A program made the translations under genes and the position numbers. A stretch of 64,000 nucleotides of DNA from an uncultured delta proteobacterium (GTDB lineage: Bacteria; Myxococcota; Myxococcia; SLRQ01). Positions 48,951-62,233 of the stretch are shown one piece after another. Position 1 is the first letter of the stretch, and every line of letters starts with the position of its first letter. The stretch covers positions 930,617 through 994,616 of the forward strand of contig CAVSGM010000011.1 in assembly GCA_963727485.1 (NCBI GenBank). Reading direction: 5' to 3'. Below the pieces are notes generated by a model. That model was given only the letters and a program-made list of their open reading frames with translations, was not told the origin of the DNA and made no database searches.

Positions 48951-51404
48951 ATGCTCCGGCTCCGCCGGCTCGGTGTGGCACGTCTCGGGGCCGTGGCGCT
49001 CGTCGCCGCGGCCCTCGTCCATTCCGTCCCCGTCCGGGCCCAGGCACGCCTCGACGCCGTGGCCCTCCCCGAGGTGGGGCCGGGGCAGGTGGCGCTCCTC
49101 TCCGCCAATCTGCTCACCTGGGACCGGACCCACCAGGTGGTCACCGCCACCGGCGAGGTGCGCCTGGTCCTCGGCAAGGCCGTCCTCACCGCGCCGGTGC
49201 TGGTCTACGATCAGGGCACCCGGATCGTCCGCTTCGGCCACGGGGTGAAGATCGTCGACGGGGCGCGCACGGTCACCGCCGAGCACCTCGAGGCTCCACC
49301 TCGGCACCCCCGAGGCGGTGGCCGACCAGGTCGACCTCCTGGTGGCCTCGCCGAAGCGCCACCTCCACCTCACCGCGGTGCGTCTCGCCCGGGACGGCGC
49401 CCGCCACTTCCAGGCCGACCAGGTCGCGGTCACCGCCTGCGCCTGCGGCGGGGGCCACGCCCCGAGCTGGCGCCTCACCGCGAAGCACGCGAGCATCGCC
49501 CAGGGGCAGGGCGCCTGGCTCTACTGGACGATGCTCGAGGTGAAGAACGTCCCGGTCCTGCCCCTGCCCATCCTCTACCTGCCGCTGGGGCCCAGGCGCA
49601 GCGGGCTGCTGGCCCCGGGCTTCGGCTGGTCCGGACGCAGCGGCTTCCACCTCGACGAGCCGGTCTACCTCACCCTCGGGCGCTCCTTCGACCTCACCTT
49701 CACCCCCGGCTGGTACTCGGGGGTCGGCGCCGGGTCGGTCCAGGGGACGAGCGGCCGGCCGGTGCGGCCGGGCGTCAAGGGGTTCACCGGGGCCCTCGAG
49801 CTGCGCTACGCCCCCTGGCGGCGTACCCGGGGCCGCGTGGCGCTCTCGGGGATCTACGACACCCAGGTCGAGGACTACCTCCACCCGGCCACCAGCCACG
49901 CCCGCGGCCTGCGCCTGCGGCTGCGGTGGCTGGATCACAGCCGCTTCGACCGGGGCGGCTTCGGCGTCGCCGGGTCGGGCTTCGACGCCAACGTGGACCT
50001 GGTGAGCGACGCCGCCTACATCTCGGATCTGGCGGTGCGCCTCGCCAGCCGGGAGCGGGGCTACCTGCGCAGCAGCGCCCGGCTCCACGCCACCGCCGGA
50101 GACCACCTGGGCCTCGAGCTCGGGGGCGTGTGGCTCCAGGACCTGCGCCTCCCCACCATGGTGGTCAACGGGCTCTCGGTGAAGCGGCCCCTCTTCGGCT
50201 CGACGGCCCAGGGGGTGCCCTTCATCTTCCAGCAGCTCCCCACCGCCCACGCCACCCTGATGCCCGTGCCCCTGGGCCTCGGCCTCTTCGCCGACGGTGC
50301 CCTCCACGGGATCTGGTGGCAGCCCACCGGCGCGGCCTTCGACGACGCCGGCGCCGATGGCCTCCTCCCCGGGGACCTGGGCTACTGCGTCCCCGGGAGC
50401 GCCGGGTGCGACAGCGCCGGCGAGGGCAACGGCCGCCTCGACCCGGGCGAGCAGGGGCCCGTGCTCCACGGCCGCCTGGCTGCCGACGTGTCCCGTCCCT
50501 TCCACGCGGGCAACGTCCTCGCCGGTCGGGTGCGCCTGGGCCTGCGTGGGGACGCCTGGCTCGAATCCCGCGGTGGGCGGCGCCCCGACCCGGAGCGCCA
50601 CCCGCCTCTACCCCCTGATCGACGTGCGCCTCCACACGGGCCTCACCCGGCGCTTCGGCGCCCTGGTCCACCGCATCGAGCCCTTCGTCGCCTGGCGCTA
50701 CGTGCCCCGGGTGCTTCAGGCGGGACCCATCCCCAGCCTCGACGCCTTCGACAACGCGGTCTTTGCCGCGGGCCTCGACCAGCTCGAGGTCGGTGCCGAC
50801 TCCCGTCTCACCTGGCACGGCCAGGCGGTGGTCGTGGCCCGGCTGGTGCAGGCGGTGGACCTCGCCGGGGGCACGGTGGGGCAGACCGAGCTCACCGCGC
50901 ACCTGCGCCACCCCGACGGCCACACCCTCGAGGGCACCCTCGCCTGGGACTGGCACCGGGAGGTGGTGACCTATGGGCTCCTCCAGCTCGTCTTCAAGGG
51001 GCCCGGTGGCGCCGCGGCCAGCGCCCGGCTCCTGTACGTGGACCCCCAGGGGAGCCAGTTCCTCCGCGCCGGCCTCGACGAGCTCTTTGCCACCGGCGCG
51101 GTGCCGCCGCCGCCGCTCGCCGACGCCCGCCTCGGCGGGGTGCCGGTGTCGGTCCTGGACCTCGGGGTGAACGCGCCCTTCCCCTCGGGGTGGCGGGTGC
51201 GGCTGGCCCTCGAGCTCGACACCTCGGCGTCCAAGCTCGTCCGGGCGCCCCAGCCGGCGGTGGGCATCGCCTACGCCTCGCCCTGCAAGTGCTGGGGCTT
51301 CGGGGTCACGGCGGTGTGGCCCTCGGGGCAGGTCTCTCCCGAGCTCGCCTTCTCCCCTGAGTCTCGCCGGGCTCGGGTCGGTGAGCAGCAGCACCAACCC
51401 CTAG
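48951..51404 (+). CDS. lptD: LPS-assembly protein LptD (apparent frameshifts near 49300, 50575 and 51355)
   Basis: OstA-like N-terminus (VTATGEVRL); TAC.C...PSWRL; VPVLPLP..YLP...RRSGLLAP; VSDAAY..D; HRIEP; YASPCKCWG; reconstructed end FSLSLAGLGS...* at 51404. Confidence 0.8.
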
Positions 51405-51455
51405 CGTCCCCTTCGGGCCCCTGCTCGCGCGGCGGCCCCGGGGTAGGATGGGGCC

Positions 51456-52549
<1,094 letters not shown>

Positions 52550-52646
52550 GCCCCGCTCGCTGACGCCACGCGGACGCGACCCCCGTTTGACAGGTTGGCA
52601 AGCGATTCGTCATCCTGAACGGACCCGCAAGGGTAGGGGGTGTGCG

Positions 52647-53071
52647 ATGTTCGAATCGGTTGGCAGCAGCAACAACCCGTCGACGATCCGCCGCAGCAGT
52701 TTCATCGTCGTGGCGGTCGCCTTTCACCTGGGTCTGGTCCTCTGGCTGTACCGGGCCGCCACAAGAGGCACAAGGTGGTGCACCAGGCGCACCAGATGGT
52801 GGTGCCCAGGGAGCTCGATCCCGAGGCCTGCCATCCCCGCTACCCCAAGCAGGCCCAGCTGGCCGGCATCCACGGGATGGTGATCGCGGAGTACACCGTG
52901 ACGCGGGACGGCCGGGCGACGGACATCCGGATCAAGCGGCTCACCAACCCGGTGTTCGCGGGCGCGGTCCGCCGGGCCCTCGCGCACTGCCGCTTCCAGC
53001 CCGCCACCAACGCGGGGCAGCCGGTCTCGGTGATCGTGGTCCGCAACTTCCGCTTCCAGCTGCCGCAGTAG
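52647..53071 (+). CDS. Short TonB-family energy transducer (frameshift near 52760)
   Basis: TM with AVAFHLG (TonB SHLS-like His) in one frame; TonB_C PRYPKQAQLAGIHG..V...G...FQPA...G.PV....FRF in the other. Confidence 0.75.
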
Positions 53072-53093
53072 CCACGGCCTGGCGCCTCCGCAG

Positions 53094-53600
53094 ATGATGA
53101 TCCGCACCGCGCGCACCACTCTCCTTCTCGCGATTGGCCTCGCCTGCGCCGCGAGCGCGCCGCGGGTCGCCCGTGCTTCGGGCGGCGAGTGCTACTCCGA
53201 CTCCGACTGCGGCGGTGGCAGGTGCAGCAGCGGGAAGTGCACGACCGCGGGCGGCAAGTGCTACTCGGACTCGGAGTGCCCGGGTGGCCGCTGCAGCAGC
53301 GGGAAGTGCACGACGGCGGGCGGCAAGTGCTACTCGGACTCCGAGTGCGGCGGCGGCAGGTGCAGCAGCGGGAAGTGCACGACCGCGGGCGGCAAGTGCT
53401 ACTCGGACTCGGAGTGTCCGGGTGGCCGCTGCAGCAGCGGCGAGTGCACGACGGCCGGCGGCAAGTGCTACTCCGACTCCGAGTGCGGCGGCGGGAGGTG
53501 CAGCAGCGGGAAGTGCACGACGGCGGGCGGCAAGTGCTACTCGGACTCCGAGTGCCCGGGCGGCAAGTGCAGCAGCGGCCGGTGCACGAACGCCCGCTAG
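53094..53600 (+). CDS. Secreted protein made of six 23-aa Cys-rich repeats
   Basis: Signal peptide ending ARA, then six units of GG[KE]CYSDS[ED]C[GP]GG[RK]CSSG[KER]CT[TN]A. Confidence 0.85.
   Translation: MMIRTARTTLLLAIGLACAASAPRVARASGGECYSDSDCGGGRCSSGKCTTAGGKCYSDSECPGGRCSSGKCTTAGGKCYSDSECGGGRCSSGKCTTAGGKCYSDSECPGGRCSSGECTTAGGKCYSDSECGGGRCSSGKCTTAGGKCYSDSECPGGKCSSGRCTNAR
53181..53594 (+). repeat. 69-bp coding tandem repeat x6
   Basis: Repeated GGCGGC.AGTGCTACTC.GACTC.GA.TG...TGCAGCAGCGG...GTGCACGA; most differences fall at third codon positions. Confidence 0.9.
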
Positions 53601-53734
53601 GCGCGAGCGGTCGCGGTCGAGCCCCGATGGATCCAGCGCAGTCGACCCGACACCCGCCGAGTCCAATCGCCAACTCGCACACGATCTCGTCGGAAGCAGA
53701 ATCCTTCGCGTCCGGTGTGCGTAGAGTGGAGCCC

Positions 53735-56700
53735 ATGACCCGAATCCGCCAATCCTCACCGCTCCCGGCCCAACCACCTCCTGGTGCTGGCCCTCGCCCT
53801 GGTGGCGGGCTGCCCCACCCAGCCCAAGCGCGTGCCCACCCAGCCCCCGTCGCCGGCCGCCCGGCCCGCCCCGGCCGTCGCGACCCCGTTCAAGCTCCCG
53901 AGCAAGCCCGGGCTCTCCTTCCGCCTGTCCCAGGGGAAGACCCAGGCCGGGCCCTACGCGCGCCCGCCCGTGGCGCAGGCGACGCGGCTGAAGCCCAGCG
54001 CGGTGAAGGGGATCCTGGATCGACTGCCGCCCCTCCCCAAGGGCCCCACGGACCGCAAGCCCTTCGCCTTCCGCGGCCGCTCGCTCCCGGCGCCGCGCAC
54101 CGGGCGCACCCTCCACCAGACCTTCCCGCCCGCCGCCACCGCGCCCACGCCCCAGGCCCCGGCGACGGGCCCCCTCCAGCGTGGTCCGCTACGCCCCCGA
54201 GGGCGAGGTGCCCATCGCCCCCCACCTGGCCGTCACCTTCTCCCAGCCCATGGTGGCGGTGACCGGCGTGGAGGACCTGGCCGCCGAAAACGTGCCGGTG
54301 AAGCTCACGCCGGCCACCCCGGGGAAGTGGCGCTGGCTCGGGACGCGGACCCTGCTCTTCCAGCCCGACCCGCGCTTCCCCATGGCCACCCGCTACCACG
54401 TGGAGATCCCCGCGGGCACCGCCTCCACCACCGGGGGGCGCCTGGCCAAGGCGGTCTCGTTCACCTTCTCCACGCCGCCGCCCCGGGTCGAGGACGCCTG
54501 GCCCACCGGTGGGCCCACGGTCCGTGACCCGGTGTTCTTCCTCGGCTTCGATCAGCGGGTGGACCCGGCCAAGGTCCTGGCCACGATCCGGGTCGAGGCG
54601 GGGAAGGCGCGCTCGCAACTGCGCCTGGCCACCAAAGAGGAGATCCACGCCGACGACACCGTGTCGCGCCTGGTGAAGAAGGCCCAGCCCGGACGGTGGG
54701 TGGCCTTCGTGGCCACCGAGCGCCTGCCGGCCGCCGCCCGGGTGAGCGTCCGGGTGGGACCGGGGACCCCGTCCCTCGAGGGGCCCCGCACCACCGGGAA
54801 GCCCCACACCTTCTCGTTCCACACCTACGGCCCCATGAAGGTCGTGGCGCACCAATGCGGCTGGAGCGGGCACTGCCCGCCGGGCACGCCCTTCACGATC
54901 CGCTTCTCCAACCCCGTGGACGTCAAGACGTTCAAGTCGTCCATGGTCACGGCCGACCCCGCCATCCCCGGGATGCGGGTCCGGGCGTACGGGGCGTGGA
55001 TCTACGTCTACGGCCGGACGCGGGCCCGCACGCGCTATCACCTGACCCTGGCGGCCTCGGTCCCGGATCGCTTCGACCAGACCCTGGGGAAGGCCGCGGG
55101 CGGTGAGCTTCCACACCACCGACGCCGAGCCCCGACTCTTCATGGCGTCGAGCAGCGGTCTCATGGTCCTGGACCCCTCGGCCCACGGCCGAGTCTCGGT
55201 CTTCTCCATCGGGCACCAGGCCCTGCGCGTCCAGGCCTGGCGGGTCGCCCCGTCGGACTGGCGCGCGTTCGCCGACTACATGCGCCGCGGGGTCTACCGG
55301 AACGACGCGCGGGTGAAGGTGCCGGGCAAGCGGCTCCTGTCCAAGGTGGTCCAGGTGGCGGGCGATCCCAATCAGCTTGGCGAGACCCGCATCGACCTGA
55401 CGCCGGCCCTGGGGGGCCAGACGGGCAACGCCATCGTGGTGGTCGAGCCGACGGTGCAGCCCAAGGAGCGGTGGCGCCGTCAGCGGCTGGTGAGCTGGGT
55501 CGAGGCCACGAACATCGGGCTGGATGCCTTCGCCGACGGAACCCGGCTCGTGGGCTGGGCGACGAGCCTCCGGGACGGCAAGCCCCTCCAGGGGGTCGAG
55601 CTCACCATCGAGCCCGGCGGGGTGAAGGGCACGACCGGCGACGGCGGCGTGGCCCGGCTTCCCCTGTCCGCCGCGGCGGGGCGGGTCCTGGTGGCGAAGA
55701 AGGGCCACGACGTGGCCCTCCTCCCCGAGTACACGAGCTGGTGGGCGACCGAGGGGAGCTGGAAGCGGCAGTCCCCCCGGGACGGCCTGGTCTGGTACGT
55801 CTTCGACGACCGCGGGATGTACAAGCCCAAGGAGACGGTGCACCTCAAGGGCTGGGTCCGCCGCGTCGCGCACGGCGTCAAGGGCGACCTGGTGCCCATG
55901 AACGGCCTGGCGAGCCGCGTGCGCTACAAGGTCGTGGACGCGCGGGGGAACGACGTGGGCAAGGGAACGGCAGCCCTCGACGCCCTCGGCGGCTTCGACC
56001 TGTCGTTCACCCTCCCGGACCGGATGAACCTGGGCACCGCGACGGTGGTCCTCACCTCGAACGCGGGGAAGCACGTCCCGGGGCGGATCACCCGGCACGC
56101 CTTCCAGGTGCAGGAGTTCCGCCGCCCCGAGTACGAGGTGAAGACCACCCCGTCGGCGGGGCCGTACCTGGTGGGGGGCCACGCGGACGTGACCCTCACC
56201 GCCTCGTACTACGCCGGCGGGGCGCTCCCCGGCGCCGACGTCACCTGGCGCGCCACCGCCCGCCCCGGCACCTTCGTGCCGCCGGGCCGCTCGGACTACG
56301 TCTTCGGCCGCTTCGTCCCCTGGTGGATGGGCTTCGGTCCACCGCGGCCCGAGGCCGGCCAGGTCCGCACCGAGACCCTGTCCGGCAAGACCGACGCCAC
56401 GGGCAAGCACGTGCTGCGCCTGGACTTCGACGGGGCCAGGCCGCCCCAGGCCATGAACGTCACCGTCGAGGGCACGGTCACCGACGTGAACCGCCAGGCC
56501 TGGACGTCCACCTCCGAGCTCTTGGTGCATCCGGCGGCGCTCTACGTGGGGCTCAAGACCGCGCACCCCTTCGTGCGCCGGACCGAGCCCATCCAGGTCG
56601 ACGCCATCGTCACCGACCTCGACGGGAAGCGGGTGACCGGGCGCCCCATCGACCTGAAGGCCGAGCGCCTGGCGTGGAAGTTCGACGGCGACAAGTGGGC

Positions 56701-59700
56701 CGAGAAGGTCGAGTCGACCCAGAGGTGCCACGCCACGTCGGCGGCCAAGGACGCCCGCTGCGTGTTCCAGACCCCCGAAGGCGGCACCTACCGCGTCACC
56801 GCCGACATCACCGACGCCAAGGGACGGCCCAACGAGACCCAGCTCACGGTGTGGGTCACCGGCGGGAAGACCCCGCCCCAGCGGGGCGTGCAGCAGCAGC
56901 GCGTGACCCTCATCCCCGACCAGAAGACGTATCGGGTGGGGGACACCGCCGAGGTGGCGGTGCTGGCGCCCTTCGCGCCCGCCGAGGGGCTCCTCACCCT
57001 GCGGCGCGAGGGGATCGTGGAGACGCGCCACTTCACCATGGACAAGGCGTCCACCACGCTGAAGGTGCCCATCGAGGCGGCCTGGGTGCCCAACGTCGTC
57101 CTGCAGGTGGACCTGGTGGGCCAGGCGCCCCGCACCGACGACAAGGGGGTGGTGAATCCCAAGCTGCCCAAGCGGCCGGCGTACGCGTCGGGGACCGTGA
57201 ACCTCTCGATCCCGCCGCGGCGGCGCACCCTCCACCTGACGGTCACGCCGGAGAAGCGCAAGCTCGAGCCCGGAGGCACCACCTGGGTGGACGTGGGGGT
57301 CAAGGGCCCGGGCGGCCATCCCGTGGCCGGCGGCCAGGTGGCGGTGGTGGTGGTGGACGAGGCGATCCTGTCCCTGACCCACTACCACCTGCCGGATCCC
57401 CTGGACGCGTTCTACTTCCAGCGCGGTGCCGGGGTGCAGGACAGCCGTCTGCGCTCGGCGCTGGTCCTGGCCAATCCGAAGGACGTGGGGGGTCGGTGCG
57501 GGCGGCGGGGGCCGCGGCGCCGGCGCGTCGGACAGCACCCAATCCCTGAAGGCGTTCGGCACGGGTGGGCTGGGCAGCGGCATCAACGATGCGCTCGGCG
57601 GCGCCGCCGAATCCCCGCCCGCCCCGTCCCGGCGCTCGGCCCGTGCCGAGCGGATGGCGACCATTCAGGTCTTGCGGGGCAGCGGCCCCGCAGGGCCGCC
57701 GCCGGCCATCCAGCTCCGCAAGGACTTCCACGCCCTGGCGGTGTTCGCGCCCCGGGTGCCCACCGATGCGTCGGGGCACGCCCGGATCAAGGTCAAGCTC
57801 CCGGACAACCTCACCCGCTACCGGGTCATGGCGGTGGCGGTGTCGGGGACCCGCTTCTTCGGCAAGGGTGAGTCCACCATCACGGCGCGCCTGCCCCTCA
57901 TGGTGCGCCCCTCGCCGCCCCGGTTCCTGAACTTCGGGGATCGGTTCCAGCTCCCGGTGGTCCTCCAGAACCAGACCGATCATCCGCTGGCGGTGAAGGT
58001 GGCGGTCCGCGCGCGCAACGCCTCGTTCCCCGAGGGGCAGGGGCGCGCCCTGACCGTGCCGGCGAACGACCGCGTCGAGGTCCGCATCCCCACCGCCGCC
58101 GGCATGCCGGGCACGGCCCGCTTCCAGGTGGGGGCGGTGGCGGGCCGCTTCACCGACGCCGACCAGTTCAAGCTCCCGGTGTGGACCCCGGCGACCACCG
58201 AGGCCTTCGCCACCTACGGCACGGTGGACGGCGGGCCGGGCAGCCAGGTGGTGATCCAGCCGGTGAAGGCGCCGGCGAGCGCGGTGCCCCAGTTCGGCGG
58301 CCTCGAGGTCACCACCTCGTCGACCCAGCTCCAGGCCCTCACCGACGCCGTCATCTACCTGGTGAAGTACCCCTTCGGGTGCGCCGAGCAGATCTCGTCA
58401 CGGGTGCTGGCCATCGCCGCGCTCCGGGACGTCCTGTCCGCGTTCCACGCCGAGGGTCTTCCCAAGCCAGACGTGCTCGTGAAGTCGGTGGCCAAGGACC
58501 TCGACACCCTGAAGGTCCTGCAGGCGCCCGACGGCGGCTTCGCCTTCTGGCGACGCGGCGACCCCACGTGGCCCTGGGTGTCCATCCACGCGGCGAGCGC
58601 CCTGGTCATGGCGAAGCAGAAGGGCTTCGCGGTCCCGGGCGGGATGCTCCAGAGGTCCCACACCTACCTGAAGCGCATCGAGTCCCACATCCCGTCCTGG
58701 TACCCCGACCAGGTCCGGTGGACCCTCATCGCCTACGCCCTGGACGTCCGGCGCAGGATGGGCGACCGGGATCCGGGTCGGGCGCGGCAGCTCATCGCCG
58801 AGGCCGGGCTGAAGAAGCTCCCCCTGGAGGCGGTGGGCTTCCTCCTGCCGGTCCTCGACGGCGATCCGGCGTCCCGGGCCGACGTGGCCCGGATCCGCCG
58901 CCTGCTCCAGAACCGGGCCGAGGAGCAAGCGGGCACCGCCCACTTCGTCACCTCCTACGCCGACGGGGCGAACCTCCTGCTCTACTCGGATCGGCGCACC
59001 GACGGGATCCTCCTCGAGGCGCTCCTCGAGGACCAGCCCCACAGCACCCTCGTCCCCAAGCTGGTGGCCGGGCTCCTGGCCCACCGGAAGCGCGGGCACT
59101 GGGAGAACACCGACGAGAGCGCCTTCATCCTCCTGGCCCTGGACCGCTACTTCCACGTGTACGAGAAGACCACGCCCGACTTCGTGGCCCGGGCCTGGCT
59201 CGGCGACCGGTACGCCGGGGAGCACGCCTTCAAGGGGCGGCAGACCGACCGCGTGGACATCGACGTGCCCATGGCCCAGGTCCAGCAGGCCGGGAAGGCG
59301 AACCTCGTCCTGGAGCGCAAAGGCAAGGGGCGGCTCTACTACCGCATCGGGATGCGCTACGCGCCCCGGGACCTGGTGCTGAAGCCGGCCGATTATGGTT
59401 TCACGGTCACGCGCACCTACGAGGCGGTGGACCACCCGGGGGACGTCACCCGGGCCAAGGACGGCACCTGGCACCTCAAGGCCGGCGCCCGGGTGCGGGT
59501 GCGGGTCACCATGGTGAACCCGTCACGGCGCTACCACGTGGCCCTGGTCGACGAGCTCCCCGCGGGCCTGGAGCCCATGAACCCGTCGCTGGCGGTGACC
59601 GGGACCGTCCCGCCCGATCCCAAGGCGCCCAGCGCCCGCCGGGGCTTCTGGTGGTGGCTGGGCCCCTGGTACGAGCACCAGAACCTGCGCGACGAGCGGG

Positions 59701-59864
59701 TCGAAGCCTTCGCGTCGCTGGTCTGGGCGGGCGTCCACGAGTACAGCTACGTCGCCCGCGCCACCACCCCCGGGACCTTCGTGGCGCCGCCGGCCAAGGC
59801 CGAGGAGATGTACCACCCCGAGGTCTTCGGCCGCAGCGGCACGGACCGGGTGATCGTGAGGTAG
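53735..59864 (+). CDS. Bacterial alpha-2-macroglobulin lipoprotein (apparent frameshifts near 53750, 54180, 55100 and 57490)
   Basis: Lipobox LVAG-C; Ig-like VTFSQPM and FSNPV; MG2 DDRGMYKPKETV; EFRRPEYEV; VVDEAIL; Gly-rich bait region; LPDNLTRYR; thioester YPFGCAEQ (58380-58391); end AEEMYHPEVFGRS. Confidence 0.9.
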
Positions 59865-59871
59865 GAGGGCC

Positions 59872-60060
59872 CTAGGCTGCCCAGAGTGCGGAGGCAGGGT
59901 AGAGGTGCTCGCGGTGATCATCGACCCAACGGTGGTTCGCCGGATCTCGGTCACCTGGGCTTGCCGACGGCGCCGCCTGGACGGGGCCTGCCCACGCGCG
60001 AGCGCCGCCCGCAGGCGCCGACGGCCCGACCGTCGACGATCTGCTCACCGACGGGTTGCC
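59872..60060 (+). mobile_element. Remnant of an IS91-family (rolling-circle) transposase 3' end
   Basis: LGCPECGGRVEVLAVIIDPTVVRRI plus frameshifted LGHLGLPTAPP resembles the CPxCGG...I.DP.V..IL.HLGL..PP C-terminus of IS91/ISCR-type transposases as I recall it. The rest of the gene is absent. Confidence 0.65.
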
Positions 60061-60138
60061 GTGACGGGCCCTGGATTGGGCGCCCGAAAGGCACCGCTGC
60101 GGCCGCGGCGCCCGGATTCCCGGGCGTTGAACCAACTG

Positions 60139-60267
60139 GACCGCAGCAAGCCCTCGCAGGCCCCATTCTACGATAGGATGTAGGCCTTGGGGACCCACTG
60201 GGTAGGTCCGATACCGGCGATCCGTCAACCGGCTCTGCCCGAAACGGCGTTTGTGGTTCCTACACCT
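60139..60267 (+). repeat. ~129-bp direct repeat, copy 1 (oriIS-like end)
   Basis: GACCGCAGCAAGCCCTCGC...TAGGATGTAGGCCT...AACCGGCTCTGCCCGAAACGGCGTTTGTGGTTCCTACACCT, similar to 62500-62626. Confidence 0.75.
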
Positions 60268-60649
60268 CCACCGGCCGATGAAGGTGGCTGCTCCCCGCGG
60301 AGAAGTACGCCGCCGTGGCCAAGGCCGGCGAGGGCATCCGGGTGCTGGAGGACCTGCCGCCGCACCTGGTGCTGGTGGGCGACGGCGAGCATCCTCGAGG
60401 GCGGCGCCGCAGCGATCAGGGCGTTCCTCGAGGCGAGCCAGGCCGGAGCCTGCGTTCGGCCCAGCCCAACGGATGACACAGTGCGCATCGAGCCGGAGCA
60501 GGTGCCCGCACCTGCCGACCCAGGGAACTCCCACTCGCCCATACGTCGTTGGGGAATGAGCCGGATGTCCGTTCCCGAATGCCGGACCTGCTCTCTGTGG
60601 CAGCGCCGCGAGGCTACGCTGACCCCCCAGGGGGAGCCAGTGCGCCCGA

Positions 60650-61343
60650 CGTTCAGGTGCTTCAGGCGATTCCGGTAGTCCTCTTGCGGCTCGGACCCGT
60701 CCTTGCACGGGTGTCACAAAGATGGTGCTCGCACGGCCCATCGCACCCGCCAATCCGAGAGCGGTGCTCACCCGCGAAAGCGCACTCAACCTGAGCGCTC
60801 GCGACGAGCAGCATGAGTCCAAGGACGGCAGAGCCGATTGATAGTCCCATGCCGGTCCGGGCGAATAGCGAGGAGGTTGCGTGCGAAGCCGTAGGCCTTG
60901 TTCTCAATGGCCACCAGCCGATACTTGGATAAGTCACGTGTCGCATTGATTAGGCGCCTCACGGCATTCTCGGCTAGCTCCGTGAACTTAAGCCGCGTCC
61001 GGGTCGCCAATGGTCAGGCCAGTCTGCTCCGCGAGAAGCAATCGCCGCCTCTTTGAGAGAGCGGTGTCTGTGGAGAGGAAAACAACCACGGGATTGCCGC
61101 CCCACTCATTCCAAAGCTGCGTCTGAAGGGCGCGGCCGCGGCGACGCACCCACTAAGAGGGGCGAGCGGCAATCCCATGGTCGCAGCAGCTAGACCGGCG
61201 CTTGTGGGGAGGGCTGCGCGTGGGAGGCCAGCGCATCCTGCGACACAGATGGGTCCGACCAAGAGTAGAAGGGCGGGGGCGAGCCGAGCCTTGCGGGCGT
61301 ACGGGTCAAAGCGGGCAAGGGTGGCCGAGGCGAGGTCAGACAT
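60650..61343 (-). CDS. Multi-TM hypothetical protein (several frameshifts; 3' end approximate), possible pseudogene
   Basis: ATG 61343 overlaps the upstream MBL gene end. Pieces across frames: FDPYARKARLAPALLLL, RGRALQTQLWNEWGG, ATRDLSKYRLVAIENKAYGFARNLL, plus further hydrophobic segments. Confidence 0.6.
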
Positions 61344-62233
61344 CGAAGCTGCCGATGTAGTTTCCGAGCGAGGAGGACTTGCGGTAGTCCCGCAGGAAGT
61401 CGACGGTGTACGTGTCCGAGGACACGTAAACGTCGACCGCGCCGGTGGAGCAGTCGAAGGAGATGTCGCCGGCCCGGTTTTGCGTAATGGTATTCCAGCC
61501 CGGGTAGTAGTGGATATTATTCGACGGAGCTTCCCCGATAACGATCACCTCGGGATTCATCCTCTTGAGCCACGCGTCGGGCACTCGGCCAGACTCACGT
61601 CCGTGGTGTGGGGCGAAGAGCAAGGTTACCTTCGGAAGATTGACGCAGGATTCAATTTTCTCCATGAAGTCCGTTTCGATGTCGCCCATCCATAGGGCAG
61701 AGACTCCGTCCTGGAAAGTTACTGGATTAGTGCGGATGTATCGTTCGGGCTCTCGCCGCGCGCTGCTGCTTCCAGCGCCTCCTGGAAGTCCTTGTTTGAG
61801 GTGTCTGGCCAGAGGATGTGAATTCCTGCAGAGCCGCGCGCTCATTATATTTTTCTGGCCCAGCCAGCGCCGAGCGCATCCCGTATGGATGCGAAACGCC
61901 TTCTCGCGGTCATCCCGGAGGCGGCAGTAGTGTTTGAAGTCGTCAGTCGGATTTGCCTTTGTTGCGGCATTCGCGACACAGTAGAAGTTTGCGAGACTCA
62001 ATCTTGAGTCCAAATACTTGAGGCCCTGGACGTGATCCTGGTCGGGGTGCGTCGGAATGGAACCGGGTAATTCCGGCTTGACGCGCGTGTTCTGATATCT
62101 CGTCTACGATGGCGGTTTGCCAGCTTGGATCGTCCGCAGGGAGCATGCAGTCGATGATCGTGAAAGTATCGGAGCCGTGTCTGATGTAGAACATGTCTCC
62201 ATTCCCAACAGAAACAGACTTGATGACACTCAC
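61336..62233 (-). CDS. MBL-fold metallohydrolase (ComEC-like C-terminal type), frameshifted
   Basis: AGGAG RBS, GTG 62233; SVGNGDMFYI, TIIDC, (S)THPDQDH after a shift near 62060, WMGDIE, APHHGR. Further indels are likely around 61850-61730. Confidence 0.75.

Noticed and set aside
53181..53594. Regular 69-bp repeats as a CRISPR array
   Set aside because: No unique spacers; the repeats are contiguous, in frame and vary mainly at synonymous sites; no cas genes in the window.
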